From Bacteroidota bacterium (lineage in GTDB: Bacteria; Bacteroidota; Bacteroidia; M30B66): DNA of 64,000 nt. The number at the start of each line of letters is the position of its first letter. Position 1 is the stretch's first letter. Below are positions 40,290 to 48,814 of this stretch, in pieces. The notes under the pieces are model-generated. The model was given only the letters and a program-made list of their open reading frames with translations, was not told the origin of the DNA and searched no databases. Made by a program: the position numbers and the translations under genes. Location: NCBI GenBank assembly GCA_947460255.1, contig CANHIS010000004.1:14609-78608 (forward strand), given 5' to 3'.

Positions 40290-41612
40290 ATGAAAAGATG
40301 GGTATGTATAATGTTAGTCTGCTTGTTTCACAGCAGCAATGCGCAAAATCTGTTGATTAACGGCGATTTTGAAGATGTGCGCTGCTTAGAATTGTTTGAG
40401 AATCCCCAAACTTACGATGCTCTTACTGCTGATAATTGGTTTAATTTAACACGACCCTATTCCACATGCGATGTATTTTCAGTTTGCAATACCATACCTT
40501 ACGCCTTAGAAAATGATTCCATGGTGTATTACACGCAATGGGGCGTTCCAGATAACTTTAAAGGTCATCGCTGGCCTCAGAATGGTGAAACGTACATGGG
40601 TTTTGGCTTTTGCCGAAACATGAATTTCGAAAACCCCAATTATTCGTATGAATATCCATCGGGAACACTAAGTGAGTCTTTAGAAAAAGATTCGCTTTAC
40701 TGTATTGACTTATTTACAGTATCCTTTTTTGGTGATACGGTACCAGCAATTCCAAATTCAGAAAACAAATACATTCATTTGGTTTCTCAATTTTTACAAG
40801 GATTCTTTTTAAATGAATTTCAATTTAGAGGCTCTAGAAAAATATTGGACGTACCCAATTACTTCAATCTATATGCTTCCGATAGTTCATTTTTAGACAG
40901 CAAGGAATGGACGCCCGTTCAAACCCCATATTTAGCAAACGGAGGCGAGCGTTACTTTACATTGGGCTTAACGATTCCCAATTCGGAAATGCAGCCTCAT
41001 GTTCAACTAATCACTAACTTTACGGAGGAAGAAAAACGTATTTGGGAAGAGATTAACTTTTTACCAACAGGTAGTTTTGCTATAGGCGGGTGGGTGTATT
41101 ACTTTGTTGATAATATCTCCATTACCCCAGTGCCTGCATTGAAAGCCAATGCCAATAAATCTGCGGTATTAAAAGGCGCTCCGCTTTGGTTAAGCACCGG
41201 CACTGCAGCCAGCAATTTGCAGTGGTACACTCAGGATGGTCCTGTGGGGCAAGGCGATAGTGTGTTGGTGTTTCCCACCAAAAGCCAGTATTATTACCTC
41301 CAAGGCCAACAATGCCGATACACACAATTCGACAGTGTTTGGGTAGAGGTGGAAGAGGTATTACCGGAACCCATTACCTTGAATGTATACCAGAATTTAA
41401 ACCAAGGCACCGTGCAGTTCGAGTATTTGGGCGATGTGAGGCCAACCTTGCAAGTTGCGGTGTACAACCTCGCTGGTCAACGCGTGCAAAGCTTCCAACT
41501 TACCGAATCATCCAGCGTTACTTTCAACAATCTCGCTGCTGGTATGTATTTAATCGATGCGCGCTTAGAAGGCATTCCGGTTAAAACGGCTAAGGTGGTG
41601 GTGGGGAGGTAG
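40290..41612 (+). CDS. T9SS type A cargo protein, distant paralog of 36887-37984
   Basis: Signal peptide; QNLLINGDFE ... YYFVDNISI; CTD VYNLAGQRV...LAAGMYLI...KVVV. Confidence 0.8.
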   Translation: MKRWVCIMLVCLFHSSNAQNLLINGDFEDVRCLELFENPQTYDALTADNWFNLTRPYSTCDVFSVCNTIPYALENDSMVYYTQWGVPDNFKGHRWPQNGETYMGFGFCRNMNFENPNYSYEYPSGTLSESLEKDSLYCIDLFTVSFFGDTVPAIPNSENKYIHLVSQFLQGFFLNEFQFRGSRKILDVPNYFNLYASDSSFLDSKEWTPVQTPYLANGGERYFTLGLTIPNSEMQPHVQLITNFTEEEKRIWEEINFLPTGSFAIGGWVYYFVDNISITPVPALKANANKSAVLKGAPLWLSTGTAASNLQWYTQDGPVGQGDSVLVFPTKSQYYYLQGQQCRYTQFDSVWVEVEEVLPEPITLNVYQNLNQGTVQFEYLGDVRPTLQVAVYNLAGQRVQSFQLTESSSVTFNNLAAGMYLIDARLEGIPVKTAKVVVGR

Positions 41613-41623
41613 GGTGTTTTTTA

Positions 41624-41756
41624 AGTACAACTTTTACCGTATAACCTATTAAATATAAAGTACAAAGGGAATACAAATTACGTTTCACTAAATACGAATT
41701 ACGCATTACGATTCCCAATTAGCATCTTCTCAGCCGTGGACTTTAGTCCTAGGAAA
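41624..41756 (+). repeat. Degenerate heptamer ladder plus conserved block with hairpin copy 4
   Basis: agtacaa ... acgaatt acgcatt acgattc ccaattagc ... cagccgtggactttagtcctaggaaa. Confidence 0.75.
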
Positions 41757-41829
41757 ATTATAGCATGAGAGATTTTTGGGTATGCCATATTTGCACCTGT
41801 TGTTATAAATGATAAAATCACCTAGCAGC

Positions 41830-41952
41830 TTTTGCGTATGGAAACGACAAAAAGATTATTCGTACGCAAATTCTGCGTATGGAAAACAAAAAAAGAAAAT
41901 CCATACGCATATTTTGCGTACGGAAACGACAAAAGTATTTTCCATACGCAAT
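41830..41952. repeat. Three tandem 41-bp palindromic units
   Basis: TGCGTAYGGAAA...TYCRTACGCA, with tgcgta starting at 41833, 41874 and 41915. Confidence 0.9.
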
Positions 41953-42119
41953 TTGGGTCGAGGGCTTTGATGTATTGGGTTTAAAGTATTACGTAAATGT
42001 ATTGAGTACAAAGTCGAAATGATTTACGAAGTACACCTTAAGAATCTCGATTAGATTCCCCGCAGGCGCATGGTCTCTATTCCATGGATACAAGGTTAAA
42101 ATGAAAAGTTCGCGATATG

Positions 42120-42300
42120 GTTCCCTCTCCTGTGGAGAGGTGCTGTTTACCTCTCTCCCTAACCCTCTCTCCGCATGAGAGAGGGGATTGATCGCGAATA
42201 CTCTGAGCATCTGATTTTAAGTGTGGTTTTCAGTTTTACCTTGATGTTTAGGTAAACCTCTCCCTGGCCCTCTCCTCTGGAGAGGGCTAGGGAGAGGTGC
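42120..42300 (+). mobile_element. REPIN/MITE-like element copy 2, preceded by an extra partial right end
   Basis: 42147-42256 is a direct repeat of 36548-36657; ends ggagagggctagggagaggtg; 42120-42142 resembles 36668-36690. Confidence 0.75.
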
Positions 42301-42388
42301 TGTTCTATCCCTTGCGAAACAGATTGATGATGTAGAAATGAAAGCTCGAGAAACAATTCCCGATATTTGACCCAAAGATCTATTTCCT

Positions 42389-43654
42389 ATGCGTCATTTG
42401 TTGCTCTTCGTATATATGTTTCCGCTGTGCTTGTTAGCTGGGGAAACCACTCTTCAGTACAACGACCACGTGTATCGACCAACCATTAAAACCGTGATGC
42501 TGCAATTGAAAGGTGTTGAAGGCTCACCAGCAGCATTGGAACTAAACTCTGGAGATCAATTTCATTTGCAGTTCGACGATCTAGATGTTACGCAGCGACA
42601 ATTGTACTACAGTTTCGAGCATTGCAATGCCGATTGGACGCCTTCTGGAATCATGCCCACACGTGCCATCCAAGGTTTACAACAAGATTTAGTGCAGGAT
42701 TTCCGATATTCCTTCAACACCTTCCAACAATACCTCCATTTTGATCTTTTCTTCCCGAACGACAACATGAAGTTCCTCCTCACGGGGAATTACCTCCTGA
42801 AAGTGTATGAAGACAACGACCAAAACAACCTGCTTCTTACCCGACGGTTGATGGTGTACAGCAAAAAAGCGAAATTAAGTCCGCGGGTGAAACGCCCTGC
42901 ACTCATGGAATTGCGCGACACACACCAAGAGATTGATGTACTGGCGGATATTTCTCAGATGCAGGTGATCAACGCAGCGTCATCAATGCAACTGGTTATT
43001 CTGCAAAATCAACGGTGGGACAATGCTCTACGGCTGAAGCCATTTGGAATCAATCAAGCACAATTGAATTATGATTACGACGACGGATCGAATTGTTTCC
43101 CTGGTCTGAATGAGTTCCGCTGGGCGGATATTCGCAGTTTGAGGATGAATTCGGACCGTGTGCGGCGTATCAATCGCGACTCTACACCCATTCAAGTTTT
43201 GATGCTCAATGATCCATTGCGGACTTTTTCCGAATATCAATTGTTGCCAGAATCAAATGGAAGGTTTTTTATCAGAAACATGGAAGGCTCTGAACCAGAG
43301 CTAGATGGAGACTACGCATGGGTCGAATTTCGACTTCCCTATGAAACTCCTTTCAAGGATCGTAACCTTTATTTAATCGGATCGTTCAGCGATTGGCAAT
43401 TAAAAGACGAGTTTAAGTTGCAGTTCAAACACGCTTCTAAGTATTATGCAGCAAGGATCTTACTCAAGCAAGGAATATATAACTACTTGTACGCTTTAGG
43501 GGATCCTAAAACGGGTTCTGCCGACTGCAAACTGATGGAAGGAAGCCATTTTATGGCAGAGAACGATTATACAGTTCTCATGTACCACAGGGCTTACACA
43601 AACGATTTCGATGAATTGATAGGCTACCAAAGGTTAAATACTGCCGGTAACTAA
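42389..43654 (+). CDS. DUF5103 protein (T9SS plug family)
   Basis: FDDL...Y..EHCNADW.PS, YSFNT...Y.H, QN.RWDN, NEFR..D, LKQG.YNYLY and EN.Y.VL.Y motifs. Confidence 0.82.
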   Translation: MRHLLLFVYMFPLCLLAGETTLQYNDHVYRPTIKTVMLQLKGVEGSPAALELNSGDQFHLQFDDLDVTQRQLYYSFEHCNADWTPSGIMPTRAIQGLQQDLVQDFRYSFNTFQQYLHFDLFFPNDNMKFLLTGNYLLKVYEDNDQNNLLLTRRLMVYSKKAKLSPRVKRPALMELRDTHQEIDVLADISQMQVINAASSMQLVILQNQRWDNALRLKPFGINQAQLNYDYDDGSNCFPGLNEFRWADIRSLRMNSDRVRRINRDSTPIQVLMLNDPLRTFSEYQLLPESNGRFFIRNMEGSEPELDGDYAWVEFRLPYETPFKDRNLYLIGSFSDWQLKDEFKLQFKHASKYYAARILLKQGIYNYLYALGDPKTGSADCKLMEGSHFMAENDYTVLMYHRAYTNDFDELIGYQRLNTAGN

Positions 43655-43828
43655 AAAACTTCAATACATATGTAAACTATATGTAAGAAAAAGCGCATAT
43701 TTGCGAAATCAAACGCAGAAATTACACAACCCTACACCAAAACCCTAGAGCATCAAGGGTTACAGAAGACCCCGATTTGTTTTGAATGATGTTTTGTACC
43801 TAACATTGCATCAACAAAACACAACGCC

Positions 43829-44215
43829 ATGATCACACAAGTTACCTCAGGAATTAAAGTAAGCATCGAAACTAAGTTTCAAGAATTGTATTCTGATCCT
43901 TCTAAGATGTATTATCTGTTCACTTACAAGATCAGAATTGAAAACACTTCTGATTATGATGTGCAGTTGCTTCGCAGATACTGGAACATTTTCGATTCTG
44001 TATCAGAAAATCGTGAAGTAGAAGGTGCAGGCGTTGTTGGTCAGCAGCCAGTTCTTCGTCCACGTGAAGTGTACGAATACGAATCAGCTTGCAACTTGAA
44101 ATCAGAATTGGGCAAAATGTCTGGCTCTTACACTTTCGAGCGTTTGGTTGATGGCGAGAAATTCAGTGTAGCCATTCCGGAATTCCGTATGGTAGTTCCT
44201 TACCGCCTCAACTAA
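43829..44215 (+). CDS. apaG: ApaG protein
   Basis: YKIRIEN...VQLLRRYW...EVEGAGVVGQQP...YESAC...GKMSGSY. Confidence 0.92.
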   Translation: MITQVTSGIKVSIETKFQELYSDPSKMYYLFTYKIRIENTSDYDVQLLRRYWNIFDSVSENREVEGAGVVGQQPVLRPREVYEYESACNLKSELGKMSGSYTFERLVDGEKFSVAIPEFRMVVPYRLN

Positions 44216-45531
44216 TCAACTGTTGAGGGAAGATCGGCAATTCGCTGTAGTGGTACTTCTTTCAAGAACCGCAAGCCCCACGAACAATCGAGACACTTCC
44301 CAGGTTCGCAATAGGTTTTTAACAACCTGATTAAAGCTTGCGAATCGCCAGCATGACGCGCACGAACACCATTGAGCTCCCACAAACGGGCAATGGCATG
44401 TTTCTCAGGAGGTAAAATCTCCAACCAATTCAACACCCGTTGCCGAAGCTCTTGGTTCCCTCTGTAACGGGCATAGATAAACAGAAACGGAATCACAGAA
44501 TTAATCATTACCGACAAACGGGCATCACGGCCCAAACCCTTCGACGAGTGAGGCGACTGTGCATCGATCTGATAATGGGTCAACCAATAGCCTTTCGGAT
44601 TTACTTCCAAACTTTTGTCGAAGGCTTTCAAGTCAAACACTTCAGAAATCATCTGCTTTAGGTCGGGCGCTGTTGTCATCAAATGGGCAAACTGCACAAT
44701 CCGTATCGCCGGAAAATTTACCGGTCGCATCCTCAAGTGCTTCCACACATGAGCTGGCATGCTTCGAAGTCCATACTGGTGCTTCAAAAACACATATTCT
44801 TCATACAATTTTCGTGGGTAGTCGTCTTCGGTATTTTGATCGATCAAGCCACTTTGTCCTAAAAACAAGGCTTCCAATTGAAAGGTACTTTGACGATGCT
44901 TTTGAACAATCTTCAGGGGCAACAACCGCGCGAGCTGTTCGAATGGTTCAGCATTTACTTTAAAACCGAAGCTGCGTGCGAGTACCAGATAGAATGCTTC
45001 CTCCCAGTTGTTTGCTGTGAATTGGAGCACTTCGGAAATTGTTCCTGATTTTTCTTCGAGCCGTTCGGCCAACAAACGGCTCAACCAAGCACTGTAAAAG
45101 GGCTCGGCAGGTTTTTCCCATGCTCCACAAGCAATAGATTGATGGTGTAGATCGAGCACCTTCCAACGTTCGAGCATTTCTGCACCAATTAATGGAGCGA
45201 TTACCAAAACAGGCAATTCGTTACCTGAAGCATCTAAAATGCGCTGATCGTCTTCGAAAACCACATGTAAAATCACGTTCGAGTAGGCTGCATCGGTGTG
45301 GTGCGTGTGCCGATACCAGTCGGAAGCTTTGCGGTGTACTTCTACATTACCGGCCCAAAGTGTACCATCGATACGCAAACGGGCATCTAAAAAATCGGGG
45401 CCCGAATCTCGGTTGTGATGCCCTACAAAGATGATCTCCAGACACTCCCGTCCAGCCAACCGCAATTCATTGCTTCCGAACAAACGGAATTTCCAAATAA
45501 ACTGAAGAAGGCTTTCGGGGAGCATTTGCAC
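44212..45531 (-). CDS. DUF2851 family protein
   Basis: GPDF..A...W.GNVE.H..SDW..H.H..D..Y..VILHVV, FGFKVN and LRMRP.NFP motifs. Confidence 0.85.
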   Translation of the reverse strand: MQMLPESLLQFIWKFRLFGSNELRLAGRECLEIIFVGHHNRDSGPDFLDARLRIDGTLWAGNVEVHRKASDWYRHTHHTDAAYSNVILHVVFEDDQRILDASGNELPVLVIAPLIGAEMLERWKVLDLHHQSIACGAWEKPAEPFYSAWLSRLLAERLEEKSGTISEVLQFTANNWEEAFYLVLARSFGFKVNAEPFEQLARLLPLKIVQKHRQSTFQLEALFLGQSGLIDQNTEDDYPRKLYEEYVFLKHQYGLRSMPAHVWKHLRMRPVNFPAIRIVQFAHLMTTAPDLKQMISEVFDLKAFDKSLEVNPKGYWLTHYQIDAQSPHSSKGLGRDARLSVMINSVIPFLFIYARYRGNQELRQRVLNWLEILPPEKHAIARLWELNGVRARHAGDSQALIRLLKTYCEPGKCLDCSWGLRFLKEVPLQRIADLPSTVD

Positions 45532-45658
45532 TGGATCTGTAGGACGAAATTATCCTACAAACCAGACTCGTGCTTTTGCACCCAAAGCAAAAACTTTGCA
45601 TCCAGCGCAATAAAATTTGCACCACACGCAATGGCAATCCCCTCAAAATGGTGTATGG

Positions 45659-46477
45659 TTACAGTCCGTGCTGAGTAAGCAGAACGGCCATCTCTTCTTG
45701 CATCAAACGTGCTTCATCAGCTGCTTTGGAGGCGAAATCTTTCCCCGGAGACGCATACAAAATGCTGCGCGATGCATTTACCAACATGCCGCAGTCTGCA
45801 TTCATAGCTGCAAGTGATACCGATTTCAAATCTCCGCCTTGCGCGCCAACACCTGGAATCAAAAAGAAATACTCGGGTGCACGTTCGCGCAAAGCCTTCA
45901 AAGCTTCCACACGTGTTGCTCCAACCACAAACATCAATTGTTCGGATGTGCCCCATGTTTTAGCGGTATCAACAACCTGTTCGTAAAGCTTTTTGCCGTT
46001 GGATAAAGTCAACTGTTCAAAATCGTCGGCTCCTGGATTACTCGTTAAAGCCAACAAGATTGTCCACTTTCCTTCGGTTTTCATGAATGGCTTCACAGAA
46101 TCTGAACCCATGTAAGGCGCAACAGTAACAGAGTCGAAATTGAAATCGTTAAAATATGCTGCAGCGTAACGTTCAGAGGTATTTCCAATGTCGCCACGTT
46201 TCGCATCTGCAATCGTAAAATGCGTTGATGGAATGAGGTCCATTGTTTTCCGCAAAGCCTTCATACCACGCTCGCCCATCGCTTCGAAGAAGGCAAAATT
46301 GGGTTTATAAGCAACACAAAAAGGCAATGTAGCTTCGATGATCGCCTTGTTAAATTCAAAGATCGGATCTTCCGTTTCAAGCAGATGTGCTGGAATCTTC
46401 GCCGGATCAGTATCCAATCCCACGCATAAGAAACTGCGTTTTTGTTTGATTTGACTAACCAATTCAGCGCGTGTCAT
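45659..46477 (-). CDS. pyrF: Orotidine-5'-phosphate decarboxylase
   Basis: [16 protein letters not shown] and [10 protein letters not shown] motifs. Confidence 0.95.
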   Translation of the reverse strand: MTRAELVSQIKQKRSFLCVGLDTDPAKIPAHLLETEDPIFEFNKAIIEATLPFCVAYKPNFAFFEAMGERGMKALRKTMDLIPSTHFTIADAKRGDIGNTSERYAAAYFNDFNFDSVTVAPYMGSDSVKPFMKTEGKWTILLALTSNPGADDFEQLTLSNGKKLYEQVVDTAKTWGTSEQLMFVVGATRVEALKALRERAPEYFFLIPGVGAQGGDLKSVSLAAMNADCGMLVNASRSILYASPGKDFASKAADEARLMQEEMAVLLTQHGL

Positions 46478-47562
46478 GCCATTTCCCCTTCCTTCATTCT
46501 CTCAGCGTTTTCAGCTACTTGGAGCGCTTTAATCATGTCTTCAATATCTCCATCCATAAAGGTTGGTAAGTTGTAAACCGACATTCCGATACGATGATCT
46601 GTAACCCGACTTTGCGCGTAATTGTATGTTCTGATTTTTGCTGAACGGTCGCCGGTTGAAACCATCGTTTTACGTTTACTGGCAATAGCATCCATGTGTT
46701 TGGTGTATTCCATTTCGTAAAGTTTGGTACGGAGCATTACCATCGCACGTTCTCGGTTACCGAGCTGACTTCTTTCGACCTGACAAACCACCACAATTCC
46801 AGTAGGCTTGTGGGTGAGTTGTACCTTCGTTTCTACCTTGTTTACGTTCTGACCACCGGCTCCACCTGAACGAGAAGTTTGCATTTCGATATCGGCAGGA
46901 TTCAAGACCACATCTACTTCATCGGCTTCTGGAAGTACGACAACTGTTGCTGCTGAAGTGTGCACACGGCCTTGGGTTTCGGTAAGTGGAACTCGTTGCA
47001 CGCGATGCACGCCCGATTCATACTTCAGAATGCCGTAAACACCCTCTCCACTCACTTCCATCACAATTTTACTAAAACCGCCCATGGTACCTTCGGTTTC
47101 GTCTACTACTTCTACCTTCCAACCTTTGTTTTCGCAATAGCGTTGGTACATTCGTGCAATATCACCAGCAAAAATTGCCGCTTCATCCCCACCTGTTCCT
47201 GAACGCACTTCAAGCACCGCATTCTTATCGTCTTCTGGGTCTTTCGGAATTAACAAAATTCGAATTTCCTCTTCGAGGGATGCTTGACGGCCTTCCGCTT
47301 CGTTAAGTTCATCCTGCGCCATTTCACGAAATGCGGCATCGCTTTCCGATTTCAAAATTTCCCGCGCTTCGCGGATATTGAGCAGCGTAGTTCTGTATTG
47401 AGTATGTGCTTCAACTACCGATTGAAGATCTTTGTATTCCTTGTTGAGCTTCCTGAAACGGTTCATGTCGCTGATCACGGATGGATCGGAAAGCAACTTT
47501 TCCACTTCATCAAAGCGGGCGCGGATAGCTTCTAGGCGACTGAGTAAACTGTTATCTTCCAT
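46474..47562 (-). CDS. prfA: Peptide chain release factor 1
   Basis: [12 protein letters not shown] (PxT motif), GGQ and IRTYN. Confidence 0.95.
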   Translation of the reverse strand: MEDNSLLSRLEAIRARFDEVEKLLSDPSVISDMNRFRKLNKEYKDLQSVVEAHTQYRTTLLNIREAREILKSESDAAFREMAQDELNEAEGRQASLEEEIRILLIPKDPEDDKNAVLEVRSGTGGDEAAIFAGDIARMYQRYCENKGWKVEVVDETEGTMGGFSKIVMEVSGEGVYGILKYESGVHRVQRVPLTETQGRVHTSAATVVVLPEADEVDVVLNPADIEMQTSRSGGAGGQNVNKVETKVQLTHKPTGIVVVCQVERSQLGNRERAMVMLRTKLYEMEYTKHMDAIASKRKTMVSTGDRSAKIRTYNYAQSRVTDHRIGMSVYNLPTFMDGDIEDMIKALQVAENAERMKEGEMA

Positions 47563-47571
47563 GGCGCGAAA

Positions 47572-48750
47572 TTAGGCATTCGATTGATAGAGAAATTCAC
47601 CCGCTGGGGAAGAAATTCGCAATTCTTTAGGCCCCTCCTCTACTCGACCAACAACCTGAGCATCAATGTTGAAGCTTTTCGAAATGCGGATAATATCCTC
47701 GGCGATGCTTTCAGGCACGTAAAATTCCAATCGATGCCCCATGTTAAACACCTTATACATGTCTTGCCAAGCCGTACCTGAACAATCTTGAATGATGGAG
47801 AAAAGCGGCGGCACAGGAAAAAGATTGTCTTTGATAATGGTGTAGTCGCCAGCGAAGTGCAAAATTTTCGTTTGGCCTCCACCACTACAGTGTATCATTC
47901 CGTGGACTTCACTTCTAAATTGATTCAAGATTTCTAGTACAACTGGTGCATAGGTTCTTGTTGGTGAAAGCACAAGTTGACCATAAGTGATGCCCAATTC
48001 AGGTACCACATCGGTGAGTTTATACTTGCCCGAATACACCAAATTTGCAGGAACAAGTGGATCGAAACTTTCTGGATATTGCGAAGCGAGACTATTTTCA
48101 AAAACATCGTGACGGGCAGATGTTAACCCGTTGCTACCCATTCCACCATTGTAACGGTCTTCATAGGTTGCTTGTCCGGTGGATGAAAGTCCCACGATAA
48201 CATCACCAGGGCGAATGTTGGCATTGTCGATCACATCATCACGGCGAATGCGAGCCACCACAGTAGAATCAACAATGATGGTGCGCACTAGATCGCCCAC
48301 ATCGGCGGTTTCTCCACCAGTGAGCGTCATTGAAATCCCCATTTCATTAAACCAATAGCAAAGTTCTTGGTTGCTGCGGATGATTTCCGAAATCACTTCA
48401 CCAGGAATGAGGTTTTTGTTTCTTCCGATGGTGGAGGAAACGAGGATATTTCCGGTAACGCCTGAACAAAGTAGATCGTCGGTATTCATCACCAATGCAT
48501 CTTGAGCGATGCCTTTCCATACGGAGAGGTCGCCTGTTTCTTTCCAATACAGATAAGCAAGCGATGATTTTGTTCCTGCACCATCGGCGTGCATTACAAG
48601 CGCATATTGTTCATCGCCAGTTAAGGTGTCGGGAACGATCTTGCAGAATGCTTTAGGAAAAAGCCCTTTTGATGTGTGTTGGATGGCAGCATGAACGTCT
48701 TCTTTATCGGACGACACGCCTCTGAGGCCGTAACGGTTGTTGGATGACAT
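47572..48750 (-). CDS. purM: AIR synthase (Bacteroidota PurM type)
   Basis: RGVSSDKEDVH, MHADGAGTK, GGETADVGD and FNMGHR motifs. Confidence 0.88.
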   Translation of the reverse strand: MSSNNRYGLRGVSSDKEDVHAAIQHTSKGLFPKAFCKIVPDTLTGDEQYALVMHADGAGTKSSLAYLYWKETGDLSVWKGIAQDALVMNTDDLLCSGVTGNILVSSTIGRNKNLIPGEVISEIIRSNQELCYWFNEMGISMTLTGGETADVGDLVRTIIVDSTVVARIRRDDVIDNANIRPGDVIVGLSSTGQATYEDRYNGGMGSNGLTSARHDVFENSLASQYPESFDPLVPANLVYSGKYKLTDVVPELGITYGQLVLSPTRTYAPVVLEILNQFRSEVHGMIHCSGGGQTKILHFAGDYTIIKDNLFPVPPLFSIIQDCSGTAWQDMYKVFNMGHRLEFYVPESIAEDIIRISKSFNIDAQVVGRVEEGPKELRISSPAGEFLYQSNA

Positions 48751-48761
48751 GGTACAAAATA

Positions 48762-48793
48762 ACAACATCCCGCTTTTATGGGCGGGATGTTGT
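48762..48793 (-). terminator. Hairpin/terminator after the OmpA-family gene
   Basis: acaacatcccgc-ttttatgg-gcgggatgttgt. Confidence 0.7.
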
Positions 48794-48814
48794 GAATACT
48801 TAGTGAAAAAATTA

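Noticed and set aside
41830-41952. Mini CRISPR array
   Set aside because: The intervening segments are short and similar to each other, there are only three units, and there are no cas genes in the window.
36700-42100. Classical integron with attC sites, or a diversity-generating retroelement
   Set aside because: No tyrosine recombinase or reverse transcriptase in the window, no convincing RYYYAAC...GTTRRRY pairs, and no adenine-specific TR/VR pair seen.
41989-42356. Short minus-strand ORFs (73 and 65 aa)
   Set aside because: They read through the REPIN-like element and have no protein features.
43741-43760. aaccct...agggtt palindrome upstream of apaG
   Set aside because: Too short to distinguish from chance without comparative data.
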